Both the position numbers and the translations under genes were made by a program. DNA of 63,310 nucleotides, the filler included, from Collodictyon triciliatum (Eukaryota): NCBI GenBank assembly GCA_043381765.1. It is 15 parts of 15 records of this genome, joined end to end, with 100 filler letters (N's around TTAATTAATTAA, not from the genome) between each part and the next. Parts side by side here need not be neighbours in the genome. Positions count along the whole stretch, not along the records: positions 24,381 to 28,338 come from JBHJMP010006664.1; positions 28,439 to 32,396 come from JBHJMP010006665.1; positions 32,497 to 40,635 come from JBHJMP010006666.1; 12 more parts are not named here. One strand, written 5' to 3'. This document shows positions 26,049 through 37,387 of this stretch, in pieces. The first letter of the stretch is position 1. Every line of letters starts with the position of its first letter. Under the pieces are notes generated by a model. The model saw nothing but the letters and a program-made list of their open reading frames with translations. It was not told the DNA's origin and did not search any database.

Positions 26049-28508
26049 GGTAACCAATGTATCCTGCACATCAGAACATAATTGACAAGATTCGAGGGCT
26101 AAGTGACAAGCCAATAAATACAGGATAATGCGGAGGTTTTATGTGTCACTGGTATTGCTGCAATGAAGTGTCTTTTTTGAAAAAAAATTCCGAAGGTCGT
26201 TTATTTAAGTATTTGAAGAGTCTGGTAAGAAGAGATAATGGCTAAGTCTTAAAATCCTTGCAACTGTTATGTGATCTTTTCTTAAGCTTATTCTTAAGCT
26301 AACATATGCCGCTGGGCTTTATTTTACAAAACCAGATTAATTTTTAAGTATTTAACGAAGAATCCTCAACAGCGCAAGCATCCCAGCAAAAAAATGCCAG
26401 TATAAAACAAAGATTTTTAAGATTCAACTCCATGACTTTAAACGCTGATAAAGTGATAGCTCTACACAGATTAATAACAGCCATTGTGGCATAACAACGA
26501 TCTCTTATGCCTAGTAAGTGAAATCCTTAATCCACTGTGCGACAACTGTTGGAATTTAAGCACAGTTTCCTTGAGTAATTTTTGTTTTAGCCAAATATGT
26601 ATAAATCATTATAGTGTGGTATATTTACTTCGACTTTGTGTCACAGTTTCCAAAGCAAAACCCTTCAAGGTGGGTGTAGAAAGACTATTGAGAGTCTCAC
26701 TTTTTTTCTGAAAGGCTTTCCTGCATTCGCTCAGTAGCACATGCCGTCACCCCACAAGCGACCAAAACTTTTCTTTCTATGCACATGACACTTTTATACT
26801 CTATGCAAAGAATACCAAAGTGTCAGCATGTTCTGGAGTATGCACTATAATTTGTGATGAAATTATAGTCACACTAGTTTTATAAAATTGCTGTCCTAAT
26901 CCAAACTCCTTACTTTTCTGTCGTCTTCAAATCACCGTAGAATAACCATTTACGTACTGTCATCAATAATACTAGAGAAAAACATGGATCTCATTGTGTT
27001 CCGATGAACACATAAGGTCGGAAAGAACTCATCATTTGAAACTCAACCATTATAACTATACACTCTTGCATACGTTTATGCCCATTCTACTTGATTGGGT
27101 AGAAAGGACAGTTACAGCAACTGAAAGAAGACTTTCTCTTAAATATATAGATCTCGACCACAGGCTCATACCCGTGCAGCCCTTGACGGAACGACAACAT
27201 GTTTCAAATGAAGTCAAAAAATAAACGAAATCTTTTTCTAAACCAACGCGAGCAAAACATCTTCCTTCCACTCGTGGCAATATAATACTGCAACTCTCCA
27301 CCCCCAAATACTACAGTCACGCCATTTTACTGAAAAAATGACCAGGATTTGGTACTGCTAACCTCTATTGGTACTTCAATGGAAACTATGCAGAGTGTGC
27401 TGGTGGATCCTTGCAGATATCGGGACAAACTGATTCCATCTCCCAGGTTCTCAAAACTTTGACATTATGATGTATCCTAGTTTGTAAAAAAGCAGGCACG
27501 CAGCAAGAGAAAAGTATCTCCGCCACATCCACACAAACGCACGCACAAAGACTTCTCTTTGCTCCAATTTTTATTATCTGCGATGAACTATCTACAAACT
27601 TTATTTTTTGTTCCTTTCAATTTTGTGCAGGACGGAACTAACTACAAACATGTACATACATATACTTACATAAGCCCAGCTCATGCACACAACCACCCTG
27701 TCGTCTCCCTAGTATATATGACTTACTTAATTATTGCAAACTAATACCTTTGCACACGCAAACAACCGACGTGAATACTTAACGCATACAAAAAAGGTGA
27801 AAAGGAGGATATGCTTGCGAGAAAAGGCAAGAAACTCCAGCAGAAGTTGCAAGACAAACACATGAAACTGCCGCCTCTCAACTCCCATGCACAGGCCGAC
27901 AGCCACAGCCCCACACCTCGCAAGCAGCTAGATGAACACCACATGTACTAGAGGGCTATTGCCACCATATCACACGACTTCTAGCACTCATCAACTCATA
28001 TACTCCAAGCGCGGTGTGTGCAGGTGTTCATCATGCAACGCTTTAAACGACCAACAACAATGTTTACAAGAGACACAAGGAAAGAGCAGCTTCTTCCCAC
28101 TGTGCCTGTTGAGTTGTCCTAGACAGACAGGATAAGGTATTGCGTTATGCTGCAAGGATGCACAAATTCGAGACACAACTGTGGGGACACAGGCGCGAGA
28201 AGCAGTGTAAGTCTTGTGCTTGTGCCGGTTGATACACAGCCACCCACAACTCACAAAGCAACAGTAACACAGCCGCGTACCGTTCTGCGGTGGGAAAGGC
28301 GGAGGAGGCGCACCGAGTTGGAGTGGAAACCATACAAANNNNNNNNNNNNNNNNNNNNNNNNNNNNNNNNNNNNNNNNNNNNTTAATTAATTAANNNNNN
28401 NNNNNNNNNNNNNNNNNNNNNNNNNNNNNNNNNNNNNNTTTTGTTTTGTTTTGTTTTGTTTTGTTTTGTTTTGTTTTGTTTTGTTTTGTTTTGTTTTGTT
28501 TTGTTTTG

Positions 28509-28539
<31 letters not shown>

Positions 28540-29155
28540 GAAACGCGCACCGGGATTTATCTGTCCTCGGTGCAAACAGAGTCTATGAGGAATCTGCTCC
28601 TGTTTTTCTCGGCCCGCTTCAAACCAAGCGCGACACCAGCCTTGGCTGATGAAGGAAAGAGCGAAAAGCAGATTGGAACCCACATAACATCGGACGATCT
28701 GAACGGTGTCGGCCGCGTATGGAAGTGATATTCCAGAAATGAACATATACTAACCTGGACAATATATCGGCTTTCCATATGTGGCATCCTTCGTTTCAGT
28801 TCTGCTTTTTTTGGCTTGTTTTGTCGAGTTTATGTCTGCACTCTGTCGTTGTGGGGTGTGTGGGTGTGCCTTATCCGGGCTGGGCTTGTTGTGCATTTAC
28901 TTAATCACAGACTCAGGGTTTATATGCTTTTTGGTTGTTCTGCACAAGCCTATTTTCTGAGCGATGGTTTATCTCTGGCAATGCTTCTTGCAATATATCC
29001 GAAAACATTGCTGATGTGCTTTTGCTTCCTTTTTGTGTGTCAGCGATCATTATTCCCTGTTTTGATTGTTTTGTTCTAAACGCCGAACGAGCCAACAACT
29101 TCGCTCGCGCTGGGACGGCGGTCCGGCTCTTCTTCCAACAACGCTGCATCAAGGA

Positions 29156-29213
29156 TTTTTTTTTTCCCCCTTTATTCGATTCAAAGTGCAGCCAGGTTAT
29201 GCCATACAAAGGG
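29156..29213 (-). mobile_element. Poly(A)-tailed retroposon end (copy 2)
   Basis: Minus strand CCCTTTGTATGGCATAACCTGGCTGCACTTTGAATCGAATAAAGGGGG-A10, near-identical to 30603-30657. No clear target-site duplication seen. Confidence 0.6.
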
Positions 29214-29331
29214 GCGGGATGGGAGTGCATGGTAGAGAACAAACGCGAGTAAGAGGAAGACACTACCGTGGAGAGGCTAGCACGGAAAGAAATCAGTGGT
29301 TGCGAGCTGGTCAGGCAGACATCCCAATTCG

Positions 29332-32230
29332 TTATTTACTGTTGCTCTGTACAAAGAAGGTTCTTATATCTACCGCATTTTTGTCCTTCACGGCTTCACC
29401 CCGCCTTTTCTCCAAAGCCTTGGACTCCGAGTCATGTGTTTTTCCTGGTTCTCGTTTAACATAAACGTATCGACGGAATTCAGATAAGAAACATAATTTG
29501 CGAAAAATTCAAAAAAAAAAAAAAAAGGATTGTCAGGAGGCTCCAAAAGCCAAATCATTTGATTTTGTTTCTCTCAAAATTCCCTTGTGTGCTATTCACC
29601 TCGCTTCGATTCCTTTTTGCAAAAGTCTCGGGGCTCTCTAATCTTCTGGAAGATTCCACCACAAGCTATACGGTGCTTTTCCCACCTGGAGAAGGGCATC
29701 GTTAATTGTATTCATATATTTGCATTTGGTATAAAAAAAATCCCCATTATGGTCGTTTATGTTTTTCTGGTATAGTTTTCTTTTTTGTTTTTATATTTTT
29801 TTGTGTTTTCTTTTTCTTTTTTCTTTGTGTTTTCTATTGTTTTTTTGTTTGGATCTTTGTTTTTGTTTGGGTGTGGTTATCCTAAGCGCTTCTATGGTAC
29901 TTGATATAATTTCTACCAGTTGTCGTTTGGTCCGGGGGCTCTATTTATGGAACGCTTTACAATCCCGTAGAAAGGGGGTCGGTTCTGACATGGCCCCTGT
30001 TATTGTTTTATGTAGATACCAGGTTCCGAGGAATCATTTATTTCAACTATATTCTGGTCGCAATGCGAGTATCATCTCCATTTGTATGTATATATTTTGC
30101 ATGAATGTATGCATGTTGTAAAATCTAACCGTGCACTTCCACCAATGTGTCATGTAGTGGTTTACTTCGTCGTGAAATGTATGATATATAGATATCGAAG
30201 TTCCTTGAGAATATGTCATAAATTGATACAAACTGTTATGCTTTCACAATAATTTACATAATACTGATAGTTAATAATTTGATCATAATAATATATTGAA
30301 ATAATAGTGATAATAAAAACAAAAAATCAATAACGCTATCTCATAACTATTTTTTTACAGCACTCTATCACAATACCTGCCAGGTGGTTTATTCTGTGCA
30401 TGTGGTACTGAAATTTTTCTCCATGTCCATCTCTATCCAAGTCCCTCTAAACAAATCAAAAAAATCATGAATAATACCTCATGGCAATATCCTATCTAAA
30501 ATATCATAGGTCAATTAGGTATTACATCAGTAAGGAACAGGAATGCGTGGATCATTTCATGCTATACTTTGTTCAAGAGAAAAGAAAATCACGTTAGAAG
30601 GATTTTTTTTTTCCTTTATTCGATTCAAAGTGCAGCGAGGTTATGCCATACAAAGGGCACGTTAGAAGGATTATAATATTTTGATAGAAATGACTATAAC
30701 TAATCAAGCATAAAAGCGACTTAAAGAGATCTTGCATTCACCAAAAGTGTATTTATAGTATCACTCCTTGGCCTGAACTTGAGGAGAGGCTCTGACAATG
30801 ATATCGAACACGAACCATACTGACCTTTGAAGTAGCACAGACCAGCACATCTACATTTTAGGGAAATTCTTTTGTTTTTCTGTGGAATGATCAATCATAT
30901 AAATGTGTGAAAAAAATTGTGAAAATATGCATGAGTGATATCATATTTATCTAACTATACATAGAAAAAATAACTTCTATGAGTTGATAAATAAATATGT
31001 AAATTTATAAACAATTAACTATAAATATAAAACAAATCAATGAAACAAAATAGTACAAAGTCACACTTTGTCATTCGGCGACTCCACGTGAGTGAAACAG
31101 AACCTAGCTTTCCACCAAAGAACATCTTATCGTACTCGACAAAGAGGTTATAAACATCTGGTGTTGGATCAACTAATTCCAAGGAGGAATCCGAGGCGTC
31201 CACTTTTTATTTGAGTATTGTTCAGTATAAATTTTGAAGGAAGAAAATGTAATTCAAGAAAGTAACAATAAAGCGATATATGCCATGTATGTTTTGTTTG
31301 ATATCATTCATCCATATACAGAGTATTGTAAACATTAGCAGAGTAAGAAACTGTATTCCTGAAATTTACTTAATTGTTTTCCCTCCTTAGATGCCAATTC
31401 CTCTGACTTTAGAGAGATTCGTAAATATTATATTTTCAATGTGTCTGGATCGAATCGAGGGGGAAATGATTTTTGTAGTGCGGATAAAAGAAAAAAGTGA
31501 TCCTTAAAGAAAAAAATAGGGAGGGAGGGAGGGAAAGGGAAAACGAAATTGGCACAAGAAGAGAACATATCGACAAGAAATATGTGACGCAATTCAAAAA
31601 TACACCCCCTCTAAAAAGTTCTGCTGGTGTTGTAAAAAGAATAGACCTACCTCACGAATTTCATCCTCTTGAAGTGCTTTTGCGATTTCCTCGTCTGTTT
31701 TGGTTTGTCGAAGCTTCTCTTCCAAAGTGTGTATTTCCTCAGACGCGATGGTCCACCAGCATTCATCGTCGCTCCCATCTCCAATTATTTTCGCTTTCTT
31801 CCTCACATCATCCAAGCTTCTCTCTGGAGATACGCTTATTACCTCAGGAAATCTTTTCGCATTTGATGATGCTCCGAGAAAATTCGTGGGCAACGAAAGA
31901 TCTTCGCCACGTGTGTTATCCTTGTGGGTTAGGTCGATGATGAGTTCTTTCACTATCTTCTTGTCTTCTTTGATACCTCTCGGGTTATGAGGGTCTGTAC
32001 ACGGAGGCTGGTTTGGCCCTTTTTTGGTTCCTAAAAACCAGACATCATGTTCTGAGCTGTTGGAAGGCTGTGAAGAACTCGATGAGCCATCTGGTTTTTG
32101 GGAATGGCAAAACGGGGTTTGCTTTGTTAGGGCACGTCTCGACACTTCCTGTTCGCTTTGTGGCGGAGTGCTCGATCGAGCCAGGCGTGTGGAGTTTTTG
32201 CTTTGTTGCCAGAGAGCTGCGTGTCTTTTG
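29332..32230 (-). CDS. SPRTN: SprT-like DNA-protein crosslink protease Spartan
   Basis: Exons give LELVDPTPDVYNLFVEYDKMFFGGKL..WSRRMTK/CAGLC..ISLSEPLLKFRPR, HEMIHA (HExxH), DGHG, YHTFHDEV..HWWKC, GPCQNRPPFYGIVKRSINRAPGPNDNW and H...CGGIFQKIREP. Start codon not identified. Confidence 0.92.
30603..30657 (-). mobile_element. Poly(A)-tailed retroposon end with target-site duplication (copy 3)
   Basis: 55 nt element with AATAAA and an A10 tail, flanked by the direct repeat CACGTTAGAAGGA (30590-30602 and 30658-30670). Lies inside a SPRTN intron. Confidence 0.8.
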
Positions 32231-32757
32231 CGATAATCCTCCAGTTTTTTGCCTGCAAAAAGGGGTTGGAAACGAAATGCTATTGCTTTGCAGCGCTCTG
32301 CTTTCTCTTCTTTTTTCTCTTTTTTTCTCTTTTTTTCTCTTTTTTTCTCTTTTTTTCTCTTTTTTTCTCTTTTTTTCTCTTTTTTCTTTCTTTTTTNNNN
32401 NNNNNNNNNNNNNNNNNNNNNNNNNNNNNNNNNNNNNNNNTTAATTAATTAANNNNNNNNNNNNNNNNNNNNNNNNNNNNNNNNNNNNNNNNNNNNTTCG
32501 TTTGTTTTTTTTTGTTTTTGTTTGTTTGTTTTTGTTTGTTTTTGTTTGTTTGTTTGTTTGTTTGTTTGTTTGTTTGTTTGTTTGTTTGTTTTTGTTTGTT
32601 TGTTTGTTTTTGTTTGTTTGTTTGTTTGTTTTTTGTTTGTTTTTTGTTTGTTTTTTGTTTGTTTTTGTTGTTTTTGTTGTTTTTGTTGTTTTTGTTATTA
32701 GAGGACTTAATCGGGCGTGAATAAACAGGTGCATAGAGGAGGAAGAAAAAAAGAAAC

Positions 32758-35700
32758 CTCAATCCTGGATTTCACCTCCATTTTGATTGCTTCATCCGTA
32801 ACCAAACGGCTTTATGTGTTTTTTGTATGCATCATTAGTGTGAAGCTGATACAATATGAGTATTCTAGAATCAGAAGAAATCGTGTATTCTTGGCGTGGT
32901 ACAATATCGAGGAATTTATTTAAATAGGGAAAGTAGAAAAAATGATGTTACGATTCATGCTACCTAGATTCGTAGTCATCTCTGAGCAGCCTGACTGTTT
33001 CCGCAATCGTTTTCATTCCCTCAACAAATTCAGATTTCATAGCTTGGTCAGTCTCTTCACGCTCATTTGCTTCAGCTGAAAATCGAGAATTGACGCTGTG
33101 GACATGTTGGTCAAAATCCTTTCTCGTTAAATCAACTGCACCCCTAACATTTTCGACTATAATAAAGTCAGAGATATTCAAGGGGTTTCCTTTTTTTTTT
33201 AAAAAAAAAAAAAAAGTATAGTTCCAATTGTACAACCAGTTATGTGGAGGTTTGGCGCTAAAGATATCAAAAGAAAGTAGTACGTATCAATATATTGCCG
33301 ACAGAGAGTATATGCTTATCTCAAATTATATACCGGAATCCATGGTAGATCTCTGCGTCTCTCGGACCACTCGCTCTAGGTTCGAGAATCGGTCAAACAA
33401 GTCCTGCTTTTCGCGAACGTCTCTGTCTCTGGCTTGTGCTTCGTCCCTTTTTCTTTGTTCAAGTTGTGAACGTTGCTGGTGTTCTGGAATAAAAATAATT
33501 ATTCATTAAATTCAAACATAATTCATACAATTTCACTTTTATATAATCAGAGAGAATTAAGGAGCATTCCGTCGTTTATTTTTTGAAAAAAAATAATTAC
33601 CCGTCATGGACGTTACAGCAGAGCTAATGCGGCCTATAATCTCAGCTTCCTTCTCCGAAAGAATAGCCTTGTATGTGATTGAAAAGAAAAACGCATGTGT
33701 CGGTTATTTGAATGCTGATGTTAATAGTACAACCTCTAAAATTACACATGATAATATTGTTTTGAAATTTTGAAACCAAGCAATAATCATGCCATCTAAT
33801 TTCATATTCCATTTACTGCAAAATCGCTGGCTAGCTTCTTCATGTGCGTTACGCGGACTTCCTCTTCACTTGATAACTGTCCCTTTAAAACCATCAAAAT
33901 CTAGTGGATGATAATGCTACTCAGTAAGTGAATTTTTTTAAAAAAAAAAATCATCTAGTTTTGGTGACAATTGGCAGTTTTTTTATTACAAAATTGTGTG
34001 TTTTTGTGCAAGTTTAGAGACAAACTTGCTCTATATCTCTAAATTTTGAATCGGCGGCAGCCAAGATTTTGGCTGTTCTTTGATAAACAGAGTCTGTGAC
34101 ACGCTCCTCCATTCCTGCCATGTTTTGCAATATCCCTTCCACAGCCAATGACCTTTGTCTCGTGTCGTTCTGAGAGATAAGTGGATGAAATGAATCAAAT
34201 GATGAAGAAAATAACATAAATATATATATATATATCTATTGAAAGCACGATTTTACTTGAAATTGTCTGGATTCTGAAAAAAGTGAATCATGCTTGGCTT
34301 CCAAATGTTTAATGTTTTCAGACAGGCTGAATATTCGTGATTGGCTCTCCTCATGCATCTTTCATAAATGAGATTTGTTTTTCATATGGTATTTACATAT
34401 GAGGAGACAGATTAAAATATAATGTCTCGATAACTTATTACAATAGCCTGCAACACATGGAACTCTATGAAACCTGTCTCTCTCGCTGAAGAATGGTTTC
34501 TTGCATGCGGTTCAAATCGTGAGAATTAATTTGTTCCTGTAAGCCAAAAAATTCTCCTTTAATCCTATGATAAGTATGTATATTGATATATTTCAAAAAA
34601 AAAATACTCTTATCCAGTCCATGTCAGACTTAAGCCGGTCCCAGTAGGCAGCTTTTTCGTGCAGCTCTTGAATTCTTTGGCTGTCAGAGCGAGATGTGGC
34701 CTATAATATTAGTTAGGGTTGTATTGATATCTATCAAATATATCATAAATAAAATAAGTATGGAATCGTGTTATAAAAATTATGATTTGGATTTTCAAAA
34801 AGATTGATTCAGTCAAACATTAATATAATATATAAAGATACAATCTGACCTCGATGACGGAAAGTCGCTTGTAAACCTCGTTCATGAAAACGTTCGATTC
34901 CATTACCGTTGACTTCACTGACTCCTCAAGTGAAAATCGTGCCTGATAGATTGAACCCCGGTTAATCACGCATAATACGGGAGGAAATTGCTTAAATATA
35001 TTATGAATAAAAGATAGAGAAAGGTAGAAAAAAAAGGCGCAGAAAATATAATCTAGCATCTAGTGTAATGAATATATCAATTGTTACATGTTGCTCCCTC
35101 GACATTCTGTCTTCTATCGTCCGCATTTTCCCGGTATAATCATCGACTATTTGTGATTGCTCACGAGCAACCTTTGATATCTAGACGATAATTCATAAAT
35201 AACGATAGAAAGAATAGAACAGGATTACGGCAAAACATATGGGTCGTGTGAAGTCTGACCATGTCGACTTGCGGTCCTTGTGTCTGGCCCTCATATATTC
35301 GATATGCCTGGATGGGAGGATACGGCTGTGGACCGACAGATTGCTGGATGATAGTCTGCTGATCAATCGGAGGAAGAAACTTCCTATCGGTTGCCGGTAA
35401 CTTGCCACTGTCAGCACTGTAGTGAAGTAAGAGCGGTTCATGTAAGTCGCAAATGAGACGGGACATAGCCAAATGGATGCAACATATAAATGGAAGATTA
35501 AGAAGTGTAAAAGTGTGAATTATTTATAATGACAGCATATAGTGAGAATGTGGCACACATGGTTGCACTAGATGTTGGATCGTGTTTGCTACACTCACGA
35601 TATTGCACGGCGGACTTGCATAGGAGATTGTGTGGTGGGGTGTGCTGGTGGCTCCGCAAATGTCACACTCGGCATGGTGGGAACGGTGGGCTAATTCATG

Positions 35701-35990
35701 ATAGATATACCACAAGTGTGGTCTTTGAGTTAGTTTGTTTCAGAAATACTGGTTTTCGGGAATGTGAAATTGTTAGAAACCTTTTTATACAATGCCGATG
35801 GCATAGATTATGAATGACAATATAATGGAATGTTGTTCTTCGTTCCGTGAAAAGGAAAATAGATAAGTGCATGCGCACTGGAGAAGGCTATGTAAAGAGA
35901 TGATTTCATGTGTTTGAAATAGTCTATTTAGTGGACCTGTTCAGGATAAGCTGGCGGCAACTTCCCTCGTCTGCGCCGGTCATCCTCCAT
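32758..35990 (-). CDS. Coiled-coil protein, multi-exon, 3' truncated
   Basis: Probable start MEDDRRRRGKLPPAYPEQ at 35990. Successive GT-AG-bounded exons are rich in E/Q/R/K heptads (e.g. SLEESVKSTVMESNVFMNEVYKRLSVIE and FSAEANEREETDQAMK). No family recognised with confidence. Confidence 0.6.
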
Positions 35991-37387
35991 CTGGGCTCGC
36001 AGTTCTGAGACATTAATTATTTGAGGGAGCTTAGAAGAATATAGGAAATAAAGACCACATCAAGCAAAAGTAGCCATTCAGCTGATAAATTGTTTTCTGA
36101 GAGATGGGTAATTTCGGAAGTTAGTTCATTTTCCTGTTTATGTTTTCGCTTGTTTGTTTCTTTGTTTGTTTTTTGTTTGTTTGTTTTTTGTTTGTTTGTT
36201 TTTTGTTTGTTTGTTTTTTGTTTGTTTGTTTTTTGTTTGTTTGTTTTTTGTTTGTTTGTNNNNNNNNNNNNNNNNNNNNNNNNNNNNNNNNNNNNNNNNN
36301 NNNNNNNNNNNNNNNNNNNNNNNNNNNNNNNNNNNNNNNNNNNNNNNNNNNNNNNNNNNNNNNNNNNNNNNNNNNNNNNNNNNNNNNNNNNNNNNNNNNN
36401 NNNNNNNNNNNNNNNNNNNNNNNNNNNNNNNNNNNNNNNNNNNNNNNNNNNNNNNNNNNNNNNNNNNNNNNNNNNNNNNNNNNNNNNNNNNNNNNNNNNN
36501 NNNNNNNNNNNNNNNNNNNNNNNNNNNNNNNNNNNNNNNNNNNNNNNNNNNNNNNNNNNNNNNNNNNNNNNNNNNNNNNNNNNNNNNNNNNNNNNNNNNN
36601 NNNNNNNNNNNNNNNNNNNNNNNNNNNNNNNNNNNNNNNNNNNNNNNNNNNNNNNNNNNNNNNNNNNNNNNNNNNNNNTTGTTTGTTTGTTTGTTTGTTT
36701 TTTTGTTTGTTTGTTTGTTTGTTTGTTTGTTTGTTTGTTTGTTTGTTTGTTTGTTTGTTTGTTTGTTTGTTTGTTTGTTTGTTTGTTTGTTTGAAATAGG
36801 AAATAGATATATATATGTACAAAAAAAATCATGAATCCAGAGTTCTCTTAATTGCACTCCAACCTGCTGCGTATTGCCGCTGCTTGCGTTGTTTCTCCTC
36901 CGCATTCGACTGATCACCCGCGTACATTTCCCTACCTTGAGTGTCAAACTCTGTAGACTGGGTGAATTGACTATCTTTGTTCCTTTTTTTATTTGGTTTT
37001 TCTTCTTTTTTTTTTTTTCTTTTTTATTCTACTCATTTTATTTTACAGAATACAACAATGGCAACACACTCGTCTTCAACGCATGGTCTTATAACAGTCC
37101 CCATACAGCCCACCACAGGATGCAACGAGTTCGACCAAGTAATCATCAGGCCTCACAGGAAGTTCACAGCTTTTGGCTCTCCTCTGATATTAAGTAACGT
37201 CGCGTTTGATTCTTCTTCGTTTAGTGAGCTCGCGATCGTTATATGACTCGTTGGACTTTTTGTTTAATTGTATCGTTAAGAAAAAAATGAATTTTCCAGA
37301 TAAGGATTCCGTTGTCTTTATAGGGTATGACTGGGCGTGCTACAGTTTTGGTATCGTTGAGCGGAGTTTGTTGCGGATTGGGTTTTT

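Noticed and set aside
26300-28338. Possible gene in the 2 kb upstream of the PC-esterase
   Set aside because: Only short open segments (e.g. GFGTANLYWYFNGNYAECAGG at ~27345); no consistent exon chain could be built.
36260-36678. 419-N gap without linker, suggesting the coiled-coil and ANK-Rh genes are physically linked
   Set aside because: The downstream piece is 3957 bp, exactly the size expected of a separate contig in the sorted series, so linkage cannot be trusted.
36017-36947. Long ORFs across N gaps and microsatellites (polyF, polyK, QTNK repeats and similar)
   Set aside because: Products of simple repeats and N runs lacking stop codons.
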